From contig CALXOJ010000003.1 in NCBI GenBank assembly GCA_944390005.1, positions 175,329 through 239,328 of the forward strand: 64,000 bases of DNA, given 5' to 3'. Shown piece after piece: positions 35,877 through 44,165 of this stretch (the first letter of the stretch is position 1; every line of letters begins with the position of its first letter). This DNA comes from an uncultured Spirochaetota bacterium. Lineage in GTDB: Bacteria > Spirochaetota > Spirochaetia > JAFGXN01. A model generated the notes under the pieces. That model searched no databases. It saw only the letters and a program-made list of their open reading frames with translations, and was not told the origin of the DNA. A program made the position numbers and the translations under genes.

Positions 35877-38231
35877 ATGAAGAAGCGTAAATCAGCACTT
35901 TCTTTATTATCGGTAACAGCGGCGTTATTGGCGGGCGGCTGCCCCGAAACGCCGCCGATTGAGTCGCAGACGCCTGGAGGGGATACGGAAAATCCCGGAG
36001 GCGGCGGTACAGTGACGCCGTCCGGCCGCATGAATATCATTTTGTTCATGGTTGACGACATGGGGCTTAACGACTCGTCGGTTCAGTTTTTGGAGGGCGG
36101 TTCGAAATTGAACGAATATTACCACACTCCGAATATGGAGCGGTTGGCAGAAAAGGGGGTCCGCTTTACAAGCGCTTACGCCGCGCCCGTATCCTCGCCG
36201 ACGCGCATTAGTTTGATGACAGGTTCCAACGCAGCGCGCCACCGCGTGACCAACTGGACACTGAATCTCAATGACAACACTGATGCCTCGTTTCAAAATA
36301 ATTTGGCAGGACAGCCGTGGAACTGGAACGGTATTTCTCCCGATGTTAACGGTGACGTAACCTCAAACAACATTTATGAAACCACAACATTCCCACAGAT
36401 TTTACAAAAAAACGGGTACCGCACCATCCACCTCGGAAAGGCGCACTGGGGGGCTATCAGCACAAAGGCGGCTGAACCGCTGAACCTCGGTTTTGACGTC
36501 AATATCGGCGGGGCGGCGCCGGGAGGTCCGGATAACTATGCCCTTACTAATGCTTCACAGGAGTACACCGGTTTTCAAATCCCATTTCCGCGTCTCAATG
36601 AATACGCGACAGCCGAAACAAATTACCACATTACCGACGCGATTACCAACGCCGCGCGGTCGGAGATTGACCGCGCCGTCGAGGACGGAACGCCGTTTTA
36701 TATGTACATGTCGCACTACGCCGTCCATTCGCCGTATACTCAGCCAGATGAGCGCTTTTACAAATTCTACGAGGGTAAATCAACAGCTGACCAGACGATT
36801 TACGGAACGAGGAACAAGAACTACGGAACGCTGGTCACCGGTATGGATAAATCCCTCGGCGAGCTGATGGATTACTTGGAAGAAAAAGGGATTGCCGATA
36901 AAACCATCTTGATTTTTATGGCTGACAACGGCGGACACCATGATAACAAAAATACGCCGCTTAGAGGCTCAAAAGGATCGATGTGGGAAGGCGGTATTCA
37001 TGAGCCGATGATGGTTTACTGGCCGGGCGTGACCGATGCTTATGCCGGTCAAAAGAATGATTCGCCTGTCATAATTGAAGATTTTTATCCGACAATTTTG
37101 GAAATGGCAGGCGTCGCTCCCGGAAGTTACGACAGCGAACTGAAGCAGACTGTCGACGGCAAGAGCTTTGTATCTGCGTTAAAAGGCAATAAGCCCATCA
37201 ATACCGATCGCGCACTCTATTTTCATTATCCGAACAAGTGGGGGGAGGCAACTACTCTGAATAGTGATCCCGTCGGTTTTCCGTCAAGCGCCATCATCAA
37301 AGACGGATGGAAGTACATTTATTTCTACGGCACCGGTAAAGAATATCTCTTCAATCTGACAGCAGACGAAATTGAAGAGACAAATTTGGCAGAGACTAAT
37401 GCCGAGAAAAAAGCAGAATTGGCGAAAGATTTGTCCGATTACCTGAAATCGGTCGACGCAACCATGGTTTATGACAGCACTTCGGGAGTGATTACTTATC
37501 CGGACGGCACAACGGATAATGCATTTACATACAAAGTGGGAGACGACAATGTCTTTTACATCGATATCAACGATCAAAACGGATCGGTAGAGAATGAGCC
37601 GTTAGCCGGCCGCGGTGCACACACTGGTGCGGTAACAGAAGAAGACAACTTCACGATTTCTTTTGAAGATGGAACAGAAGTGACCGGTTCGATAGCGTGG
37701 ACCGGCACTGTAAAACCCAACGGTGACAACGGAAGGTTTGCTTCTGTGGAAGAAGCCAATGCGTTCGGCAGCCTGTTCTCCGGTTTCACAAAAGAAGAAA
37801 CTTTAAGCAATGCTCTGCTTCCTGTTTGGGCGGATGCGGTAACGCTGGAGACGGATAGTCCTTCGGCTGTCATTCTATTGGAAGGCCTGCCTGAAGGAAC
37901 ATACGAAATCGGTTTGCTGAGTGTGCGCAATAACAGCTACTACGGAACGAACAACGGCAGTCTGATTAAAAACGCTGTTTACGACATAACCACCGGAACC
38001 GTAAGCGAGGCACAAGCTTTCGGAACCAAGAAAAACGTTGCCGACAGCAATTTGACAGATAAAGCGGTGCTGTCTGAAACCGATAAGTTTACCGTGAATC
38101 AAGACGCCGGTACGGACTCCGAAGTGTGGGGTTTCCGTTTCAGCTGGACAGTGACTCCCGAAAATGAAAGGATTGAAATCACTGTTTCCGGAACCTGCTC
38201 CTTGAATGCGTTGAGAGTCGAAAAACGTTGA
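35877..38231 (+). CDS. Ser-type sulfatase lipoprotein with ~230-aa C-terminal module of unknown function
   Basis: Lipoprotein signal MKKRKSALSLLSVTAALLAGGC. The sulfatase signature S-S-P-T-R-ISLM-TG has Ser at the formylglycine position. The metal-binding DDMG is near the N-terminus. A C-terminal extension from ~aa 553 is homologous to the C-terminus of the 62082-63764 protein. Confidence 0.85.
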   Translation: MKKRKSALSLLSVTAALLAGGCPETPPIESQTPGGDTENPGGGGTVTPSGRMNIILFMVDDMGLNDSSVQFLEGGSKLNEYYHTPNMERLAEKGVRFTSAYAAPVSSPTRISLMTGSNAARHRVTNWTLNLNDNTDASFQNNLAGQPWNWNGISPDVNGDVTSNNIYETTTFPQILQKNGYRTIHLGKAHWGAISTKAAEPLNLGFDVNIGGAAPGGPDNYALTNASQEYTGFQIPFPRLNEYATAETNYHITDAITNAARSEIDRAVEDGTPFYMYMSHYAVHSPYTQPDERFYKFYEGKSTADQTIYGTRNKNYGTLVTGMDKSLGELMDYLEEKGIADKTILIFMADNGGHHDNKNTPLRGSKGSMWEGGIHEPMMVYWPGVTDAYAGQKNDSPVIIEDFYPTILEMAGVAPGSYDSELKQTVDGKSFVSALKGNKPINTDRALYFHYPNKWGEATTLNSDPVGFPSSAIIKDGWKYIYFYGTGKEYLFNLTADEIEETNLAETNAEKKAELAKDLSDYLKSVDATMVYDSTSGVITYPDGTTDNAFTYKVGDDNVFYIDINDQNGSVENEPLAGRGAHTGAVTEEDNFTISFEDGTEVTGSIAWTGTVKPNGDNGRFASVEEANAFGSLFSGFTKEETLSNALLPVWADAVTLETDSPSAVILLEGLPEGTYEIGLLSVRNNSYYGTNNGSLIKNAVYDITTGTVSEAQAFGTKKNVADSNLTDKAVLSETDKFTVNQDAGTDSEVWGFRFSWTVTPENERIEITVSGTCSLNALRVEKR

Positions 38232-38252
38232 CAGCAGCCGATTGGCTCTTTT

Positions 38253-38277
38253 GGCGCCCCTTTTGGGGCGCTTTTTT
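38253..38277 (+). terminator. Rho-independent terminator of sulfatase gene
   Basis: GGCGCCCC-TTTT-GGGGCGC followed by T6. Confidence 0.65.
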
Positions 38278-38643
38278 GTATTTCGGGCGCGTGCGCGCCG
38301 CAAGCGGCGCGCACCGGGCTTTCCGCTGCAATTCGCAGCCTCCCGCGCCTTTACCGAGGCAAAGCTGCCGCTTTGCCCTGCGCCATCTCTCCGTCGGCAG
38401 CTCATTTCCGCTCCAATCCCTCGCGCCTTCGAAAGCGTGCGCCCCTTTTTCGAATCCGCCGCCTCCAACGCAGTATCCTGTGCCTTTTGAGTCTCATACA
38501 GCCTCATTTGTTCTATTCTTTTGCTGCCCAAAAACGCATAAAAAAAAGAAAAAGTTTTTCAAAAAAACCTCTTTTTTGGCATTAATCATGATAGAGCGTG
38601 TGTAAAAACTTCGCAGCAAAAGCCCCAAATCCGCGGAGGTGTT

Positions 38644-39474
38644 ATGAAAAACTACAGCGAACTGACCCTAACCGACGACTACCTGTTCAGCCAAGTAATG
38701 AAAGACGAAAGCGTGTGCAAGCCGTTTCTGGAAATGCTTCTGGAAATCAAAATAGCCAAAATTGAGTATTTGCAGGAACAGAAAGAGTTGAACCTCTTCC
38801 CCGACTCCAAAGGCGTAAGGCTGGACGTCTACCTTGAAGGAGACGGAAAGGTGTACAACATCGAAATGCAGGCAGGACGCGATCAATACCTCATCTGCCG
38901 AATGCGCTACTACCGGGCGGCGATCGACATCGACATGATGATGAGAGGCAGCGGGTACCGGGAACTGAAACCCGTGTATATCATATTTCTCTGCCGATTT
39001 GACCCGATAGGGAAGGGATTGGCGAGGTACACGCTGAGGAAATACTGTGAGGAGACGGGAGAAAAAATCGATGACGGACAGACGGAAATCGTGTATAATG
39101 TGAATGCGTATGAGAGAGCGGGGCGCGGGAAGGTACGGGAGCTTCTGAGGTATTTAGCGACCGGAGAGGCGCAGGAACCGGAGGTGAAGGAGTTTGCTAA
39201 GAAGATAGCCCGCTTTAAAGAGACGCAGCAGTGGAGGAAAGGAAACATGAAATACGAATTAGACTTACAAGACGCCCGTGCGGAAGGCATTGAAATCGGA
39301 CGAAGCGAAGGGCTGGAAGAAGGATTGGAGAAAGGCCATTCCGAGGGACGTTATGAAATGGCTGTCCTTATCACAGAAAATATGATGAAGCAAGGATTAA
39401 CGCCCGAACAGACGGCGGCGCTGACGGGGTTAACGGTTGACGAGGTGGAAGCACTGCGGAGGCGGATGCGGTAA
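38644..39474 (+). CDS. Rpn-family PD-(D/E)XK nuclease / 'putative transposase' (TIGR01784-like), copy 2
   Basis: Identical to copy 1 over the first 214 aa. It has a longer C-terminal E/G-repeat tract (AEGIEIGRSEGLEEGLEKGHSEGRYEMAVLITENMM), 16 aa more than copy 1. Confidence 0.75.
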   Translation: MKNYSELTLTDDYLFSQVMKDESVCKPFLEMLLEIKIAKIEYLQEQKELNLFPDSKGVRLDVYLEGDGKVYNIEMQAGRDQYLICRMRYYRAAIDIDMMMRGSGYRELKPVYIIFLCRFDPIGKGLARYTLRKYCEETGEKIDDGQTEIVYNVNAYERAGRGKVRELLRYLATGEAQEPEVKEFAKKIARFKETQQWRKGNMKYELDLQDARAEGIEIGRSEGLEEGLEKGHSEGRYEMAVLITENMMKQGLTPEQTAALTGLTVDEVEALRRRMR

Positions 39475-39600
39475 AAACGATCGATTTTCAAATAAATCCG
39501 CTCTCGAAGCTCAAACCCGCCTTTACCCGCACCTGATTTTCCGAAGGCGTTTCGTTACCCTAAACGGGAACGAAAGTTGCCTTAAAAGACCCAAAACACC

Positions 39601-39815
39601 GCGTTAAAAGCGACAGATTCTCAAATAAAGCCACAGTTGTCGAAGCTCAAAATATTGCGTTAAAATCCACCGATTCGCCAAAGAAAACCACAGCTGTCGA
39701 AGTTTAACCACTGCGTTAAAAGCGCCCGATTCTCCAAAGAGCCCCACAGCAGTCGAAGCTCAAAATACTGCGTTAAAATCCACCGATTCGCCAAAGAAAC
39801 CCACCGCAGCCGAAG
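39601..39815. repeat. tandem array of ~4 56-57-bp repeats downstream of Rpn copy 2
   Basis: Units start at 39601, 39657, 39713 and 39770. Same family as 34578-34860. Confidence 0.7.
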
Positions 39816-39952
39816 GCGCGAGCGGCACGGCGGGAGCCGCAAGGCTGCCTGCCGTCAGGCAGGCCGAGCCCGCCGTCGACGCGGTGCGCGCTCGGCGCGC
39901 ACGCGCCCAAAAGAAGAGTCTTGGGATCGAAAGGAGGCGAGCCGATTTTTTG

Positions 39953-39981
39953 TTGACAATGCGGCGGTAATAGGCTAAAAT
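39953..39981 (+). promoter_or_regulatory. near-consensus sigma70 promoter of tetR-family gene (TTGACA-17-TAAAAT), predicting a leaderless transcript
   Basis: TTGACA at 39953-39958, a 17-nt spacer, TAAAAT at 39976-39981. The ATG at 39988 lies 7 nt downstream with no room for an RBS. Confidence 0.5.
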
Positions 39982-39987
39982 CGTAGC

Positions 39988-40605
39988 ATGTACGAGGAGA
40001 AAGCCGGCGATTCCCGCAGAAACCTCATTTATAAAGAAGCCGTTCGGATGATTGCCGAGCGCGGATTTGCGGCGACTTCGGTTCGTGATATTTGTAAAGC
40101 GGTCGGAATTAAAGAGAGTTCGTTCTATATCTATTTTTCAAAGAAAGAAGAGATTCTCAGCGAGGTGTTTTCTGAATTCGAGGCGTTGTTTTTGAAAGCT
40201 CCGGTTTCTGACGAACAAATTGCGTCATTAACCGATGAGTTTTCCCCTCGGCGGATTCTGGTTGAAGCGCTTTCGCTTTGTTTCGGCCGGCTGCGTGATG
40301 AGTCGGTGCGGCGGCTTTGGCGTGTGGTGATTGTCGAGCAGTTTTGTGATGAGCGGGCGGCGTGTGCATTGCGCAGTGTCAATCGGCGTTTGGCGGAGAC
40401 GGCAGGCGGTTTGTTTGCACAGTGGCGCAGGCGCGGGTTTCTCGATAATCCTGAAGCGGTGGTTCCGGCTGCAGAGTTTTTTGCTGCTTCTGTGAGAATG
40501 CTTTTTTACGATTGTCTTTCGCGCGGAGGGGGAACGCCGCCGCCGGAGGAGATTGAGAGATTGGCGGCTTTTTTTCTTTCTGTTCTGAAGGTTCGTTTTG
40601 TGTAA
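39988..40605 (+). CDS. TetR/AcrR family transcriptional regulator
   Basis: N-terminal HTH IYKEAVRMIAERGFAATSVRDICKAVGIKESSFYIYF matches the TetR_N signature. 205 aa. Confidence 0.8.
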   Translation: MYEEKAGDSRRNLIYKEAVRMIAERGFAATSVRDICKAVGIKESSFYIYFSKKEEILSEVFSEFEALFLKAPVSDEQIASLTDEFSPRRILVEALSLCFGRLRDESVRRLWRVVIVEQFCDERAACALRSVNRRLAETAGGLFAQWRRRGFLDNPEAVVPAAEFFAASVRMLFYDCLSRGGGTPPPEEIERLAAFFLSVLKVRFV

Positions 40606-40617
40606 ACGGAGGTTTTT

Positions 40618-41331
40618 ATGGGGAAAAATTTGACTGTATTTTTTACAGGGTTGTTTTTGGCTCTCGGTATTGCCGCGGCTGGCGGAGCTGTCTGTTACGG
40701 TTTGATTGCAGGAAAACAGGCTAACCGGACGGTAAGTGTTCGCGGTTTAGCCGAGCGTGAGGTTGATGCCGATCTGGCGGTGTGGCCGTTGAAGTTTACC
40801 GTCGCTGCCGATGATTTGACTTCTTTAAACGAGGCGGTCAAACGCGATTCGGCTATAGTCGAAGCGTATCTGGCGAAAAATAACGTCGGCAAGGCTGATA
40901 TTGTCAAGCAGTCGATCAATGTCGACGATGAAGCGCAGAGAATGTATGCCAATTCTACGCCGCGTCCGTACCGTTACATCGGGGAGGTGACTTTCTTGAT
41001 TCGTTCTGTTAACATTGAAGCGGTTAAAGCGGCCGACCGCAATTTGAGGGATTTGATTGCGCAGGGGGTGCTTTTGTCGAATAATTACGGCGCTTCACAG
41101 GCACAGTTTCTCTTCAACGGATTGAACGACATTAAACCCGATATGATTGCCGAAGCCACTGTCAATGCGCGGGCAGCCGCCGATCAATTTGCTAAAGATT
41201 CAGGCAGCCGTGTCGGACGCATTAAAACGGCGACGCAGGGACTTTTTTCGATCACCGATGTTAACGAAGCGATGCCGGAGAAGAAAATCGTTCGTGTGGT
41301 TAACACCGTTGAATACTTTTTGACGGATTGA
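40618..41331 (+). CDS. SIMPL (DUF541) domain periplasmic protein
   Basis: An N-terminal TM/signal precedes RTVSVRGLAERE, the first beta-strand of the SIMPL fold. The C-terminal pattern A...AAADQFAKDSGSRVGRI fits this family. Confidence 0.5.
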   Translation: MGKNLTVFFTGLFLALGIAAAGGAVCYGLIAGKQANRTVSVRGLAEREVDADLAVWPLKFTVAADDLTSLNEAVKRDSAIVEAYLAKNNVGKADIVKQSINVDDEAQRMYANSTPRPYRYIGEVTFLIRSVNIEAVKAADRNLRDLIAQGVLLSNNYGASQAQFLFNGLNDIKPDMIAEATVNARAAADQFAKDSGSRVGRIKTATQGLFSITDVNEAMPEKKIVRVVNTVEYFLTD

Positions 41332-41342
41332 GGCCCGGAAAG

Positions 41343-42854
41343 ATGAAAAATCAGTTGCTTTTCGGGTTTTCGATTATCACGACGGGAGTGTTTGCTCAGG
41401 CGAATGATCGTCCGAACGTGGTTTTTGTCGTTGGGGATGATGTCGGTTACGGCGATTTGAGTTGTTACGGTGCAGAGAAGATTCAAACTCCGAATTTGGA
41501 TCGGTTAGCGTCGGACGGCTGCCGTTTTACGGCGGCTCACAGCTCGGCGGCAACTTCGACTCCGGCGCGGTATGCGCTGCTTACGGGGACTTACGGATTT
41601 CGTTCGGGAATGGATGTTTTGCCGGGAGATGCGGCGATATCGATTCCCGAGGATAAAATGACGCTTCCGATGGTGTTTCAAAAGGCCGGTTACGAAACGG
41701 CAGTTGTCGGAAAGTGGCACTTGGGTTTGGGACGAGGAAAAATCGATTGGAATCAGCCGATTTCTCCGTCGCCAAATGACGTCGGTTTCGACTACAGTTT
41801 TATTATTCCTGCCACCAACGATCGGGTACCGTGCGTTTATGTACAAAACGGTTCGGTTGTCAATGCGGATCCCGATGATCCGATTACTGTCGATTACAAG
41901 AATCCGATTTTGGGAAGCGAATATCCCGACGGCCGCCGTCAACCGGAGACGATGGCGGAATATCCAAGCAGTCACGGTCACAATATGTCGGTTATTAACG
42001 GAATCGGACGAATCGGTTACATGAAGGGTGGAAAAAAGGCTTTGTGGAACGATGAAACCATTGCCGACACTTTGCTTGGAGAGGCAGTCGATTTTATCGA
42101 AAAACACCGAACGGAACCTTTTTTTCTAATGTTTAACTCCAACGATATTCACGTGCCGCGAGTTCCGCATCCGCGCTTCCGAGGCGTATCGCAGCACGGT
42201 TTGCGCGGCGATGCTATGGTTCAGTTGGACTGGTGTGTCGGTGAGTTGATGAAAACATTGGATCGTTTCGGATTGACGGAAAACACGATTTTCATCTTTA
42301 CTAGTGACAACGGTCCCGTTTACGACGACGGTTACCGGGACGGATCGACCGTTCATCTTTTCAGTAAAGAGAATGACAATGGACATGATGCCAGCGGTCC
42401 GTGGTTTGGTGGAAAATACGATATGCGCGAAGGCGGTACCTGCGTGCCGCTGATTATCCGCTGGCCGAATCGGGTAAAACCTGCTTCCGAATCCGATGCA
42501 TTGGCAGCGCAAATCGATTTCCTTGCAACCTTTGCCGATTGGTTTTCTGTTCCGCTTTCCGATGATGAGGCTTTGGACAGTGTCGCGCGTTTTGATCTCT
42601 TTTTCAACAATGCGCCGGCGAAAGAGCCGCAAGTTTTGATTGAAGAGAGCTATGATCGCCTTTCACTTCGCTGGGGCCAATGGAAGTACATGGAAAAAGG
42701 AAAGAAGCTGTTTGATTTAAACGAATCGCTTGAAGAAAAGAAAAATCTTCGTTTTCAAAACCGAGACGAGTATGAATTTGCCTCCGAGACTTTAAAGACA
42801 TTAAAAAAGATCGGTGTGCGCGAATGGATGAAATCTGTAGAGACTCTTGAATAA
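41343..42854 (+). CDS. Ser-type sulfatase (arylsulfatase family), secreted
   Basis: Signal MKNQLLFGFSIITTGVFAQA. GDDVGYGD metal site. Signature S-T-P-A-R-YALL-TG has Ser at the formylglycine position. Start placed at ATG 41343; the listed 41328 is a TTG. Confidence 0.85.
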   Translation: MKNQLLFGFSIITTGVFAQANDRPNVVFVVGDDVGYGDLSCYGAEKIQTPNLDRLASDGCRFTAAHSSAATSTPARYALLTGTYGFRSGMDVLPGDAAISIPEDKMTLPMVFQKAGYETAVVGKWHLGLGRGKIDWNQPISPSPNDVGFDYSFIIPATNDRVPCVYVQNGSVVNADPDDPITVDYKNPILGSEYPDGRRQPETMAEYPSSHGHNMSVINGIGRIGYMKGGKKALWNDETIADTLLGEAVDFIEKHRTEPFFLMFNSNDIHVPRVPHPRFRGVSQHGLRGDAMVQLDWCVGELMKTLDRFGLTENTIFIFTSDNGPVYDDGYRDGSTVHLFSKENDNGHDASGPWFGGKYDMREGGTCVPLIIRWPNRVKPASESDALAAQIDFLATFADWFSVPLSDDEALDSVARFDLFFNNAPAKEPQVLIEESYDRLSLRWGQWKYMEKGKKLFDLNESLEEKKNLRFQNRDEYEFASETLKTLKKIGVREWMKSVETLE

Positions 42855-42892
42855 TTCCGAAGAAAATTATAAATTCGACTCAGGAGAAACAA

Positions 42893-43123
42893 ATGAAAAA
42901 GCCTTTGATTTCTGTCGAGAAGTGTAAAGGGTGCGGATTGTGTATCGGTGCGTGCCCTAAAAAGATTTTGGAAATGTCTTCGGCTTTCAATAAACAGGGT
43001 GTCAATTATCCGAAGTGCAAAGACGAGCCGTCTTGTATCGGATGTAAATTTTGCGCAATGATTTGTCCCGACTGCGTTATTGAAATTGTCGAAACGGATG
43101 AGCCGGGAGGGAAAAATGGGTGA
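42893..43123 (+). CDS. korD: 2-oxoacid:ferredoxin oxidoreductase delta subunit (2x[4Fe-4S] ferredoxin)
   Basis: Two CxxCxxCxxxCP clusters (CKGCGLCIGACP; CIGCKFCAMICP) in 76 aa. It sits directly upstream of the alpha/beta/gamma subunit genes. Confidence 0.75.
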   Translation: MKKPLISVEKCKGCGLCIGACPKKILEMSSAFNKQGVNYPKCKDEPSCIGCKFCAMICPDCVIEIVETDEPGGKNG

Positions 43124-44165
43124 ACGTGTTTTACTAAAAGGAAACGAAGCGGCCTCCGAAGCGGCGTTGATCGCCGGTTGTACGCACTATTTTGCGTATC
43201 CGATTACGCCTCAGAACGAAATTTCAGCTTATATGGCGAAACGGATGCCGAAACTGAATCGAACGTTTTTGCAGGCGGAGAGTGAAATCGCGGCGTGCAA
43301 TATGGTTTACGGAGCGGCTGCAACGGGCGCTCGGGCGATGACTTCGTCTTCATCACCCGGAATCGCATTAAAACAGGAGTCGTTCGGTTATATTGCCGGA
43401 GCAGAGGTGCCGGCTGTCGTCATCAATATGATGAGGGGCGGTCCCGGATTGGGAAACATCTCCGGTTCTCAAGGCGATTACAATATGTGCGTCAAGGGGG
43501 GCAGCAACGGTGATTTTCACAATCTCGTGTATGCGCCTGCAACGGTTCAGGAGTTGGCTGATTTAACGCTGAAGGCGTTTGATGTGGCGGAGAAGTACCG
43601 CATTCTGACGTTGATTTTGGGCGACGGCTATCTGGCACAGATGTCGGAACCGTGCGTTTTGCCTGAACCGTCGGGATTCAAGGCAGAGAAACCGTGGGCG
43701 CTTACCGGCGCTGAAGGCCGCCCTGCGCAGGTTATCAATTCGTTAAGGTTGGCTGACGGCGTTTTGGAAGTGCACAACCGTCATTTGGAAGAAAAGTACA
43801 AGGCGATTGAGGCGGCTGAAGTGATGTTTGAAAATTTTCATTGTGACGACGCCGATTTTGTATTGGTCGCTTACGGAACGGCTTCCCGCGTCTGCAAGGC
43901 AGCTGTGATGAATTTGCGTAAACAGGGAATCAAGGCCGGTGTTTTCAGACCGATTACGCTGTGGCCGTTTCCTTCCGTTGCGCTTGCCGCGGCGGTTGCC
44001 GGAAAGAAGCAGGTTTTGACGGTGGAGATGAGTTTGGGGCAGATGGTGGCGGATGTCAGACTGGCAGTCAACGGTGCGGTTCCGGTCGATTTTCTCGGTC
44101 GTCCGGGCGGCGCCGTTCCCATGGTGGATGAAGTGACAGAGAGGGTGCTTTCGTATGGCAGATAA
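43116..44165 (+). CDS. korA: 2-oxoacid:ferredoxin oxidoreductase alpha subunit
   Basis: Its start overlaps the korD stop (ATGGGTGA). The translation shows a transketolase-like pyrimidine-binding domain typical of KorA/PorA/VorA. Start placed at ATG 43116; the listed 43080 is a TTG. Confidence 0.85.
   Translation: MGERVLLKGNEAASEAALIAGCTHYFAYPITPQNEISAYMAKRMPKLNRTFLQAESEIAACNMVYGAAATGARAMTSSSSPGIALKQESFGYIAGAEVPAVVINMMRGGPGLGNISGSQGDYNMCVKGGSNGDFHNLVYAPATVQELADLTLKAFDVAEKYRILTLILGDGYLAQMSEPCVLPEPSGFKAEKPWALTGAEGRPAQVINSLRLADGVLEVHNRHLEEKYKAIEAAEVMFENFHCDDADFVLVAYGTASRVCKAAVMNLRKQGIKAGVFRPITLWPFPSVALAAAVAGKKQVLTVEMSLGQMVADVRLAVNGAVPVDFLGRPGGAVPMVDEVTERVLSYGR

Larger units (their letters stand above)
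38285..39908 (+). mobile_element. Rpn/TIGR01784-family element, copy 2, bounded by perfect 15-bp terminal inverted repeats
   Basis: GGGCGCGTGCGCGCC at 38285-38299 is matched by its reverse complement GGCGCGCACGCGCCC at 39894-39908. The imperfect match extends to ~30 bp. Each end carries a GC hairpin (GTGCGCGCCG-loop-CGGCGCGCAC). The interior holds a GC-rich left region, a promoter-like TTGACA-17-TATGTA, the Rpn gene and the 56-bp repeat array. Confidence 0.5.

Noticed and set aside
43080-43115. KorA start at 43080 and other track starts that are TTG/GTG (16670 trkA, 41328 sulfatase)
   Set aside because: The sequence shows these are TTG codons reported as M. In-frame ATGs with RBS or signal-peptide support lie just downstream and were used instead.
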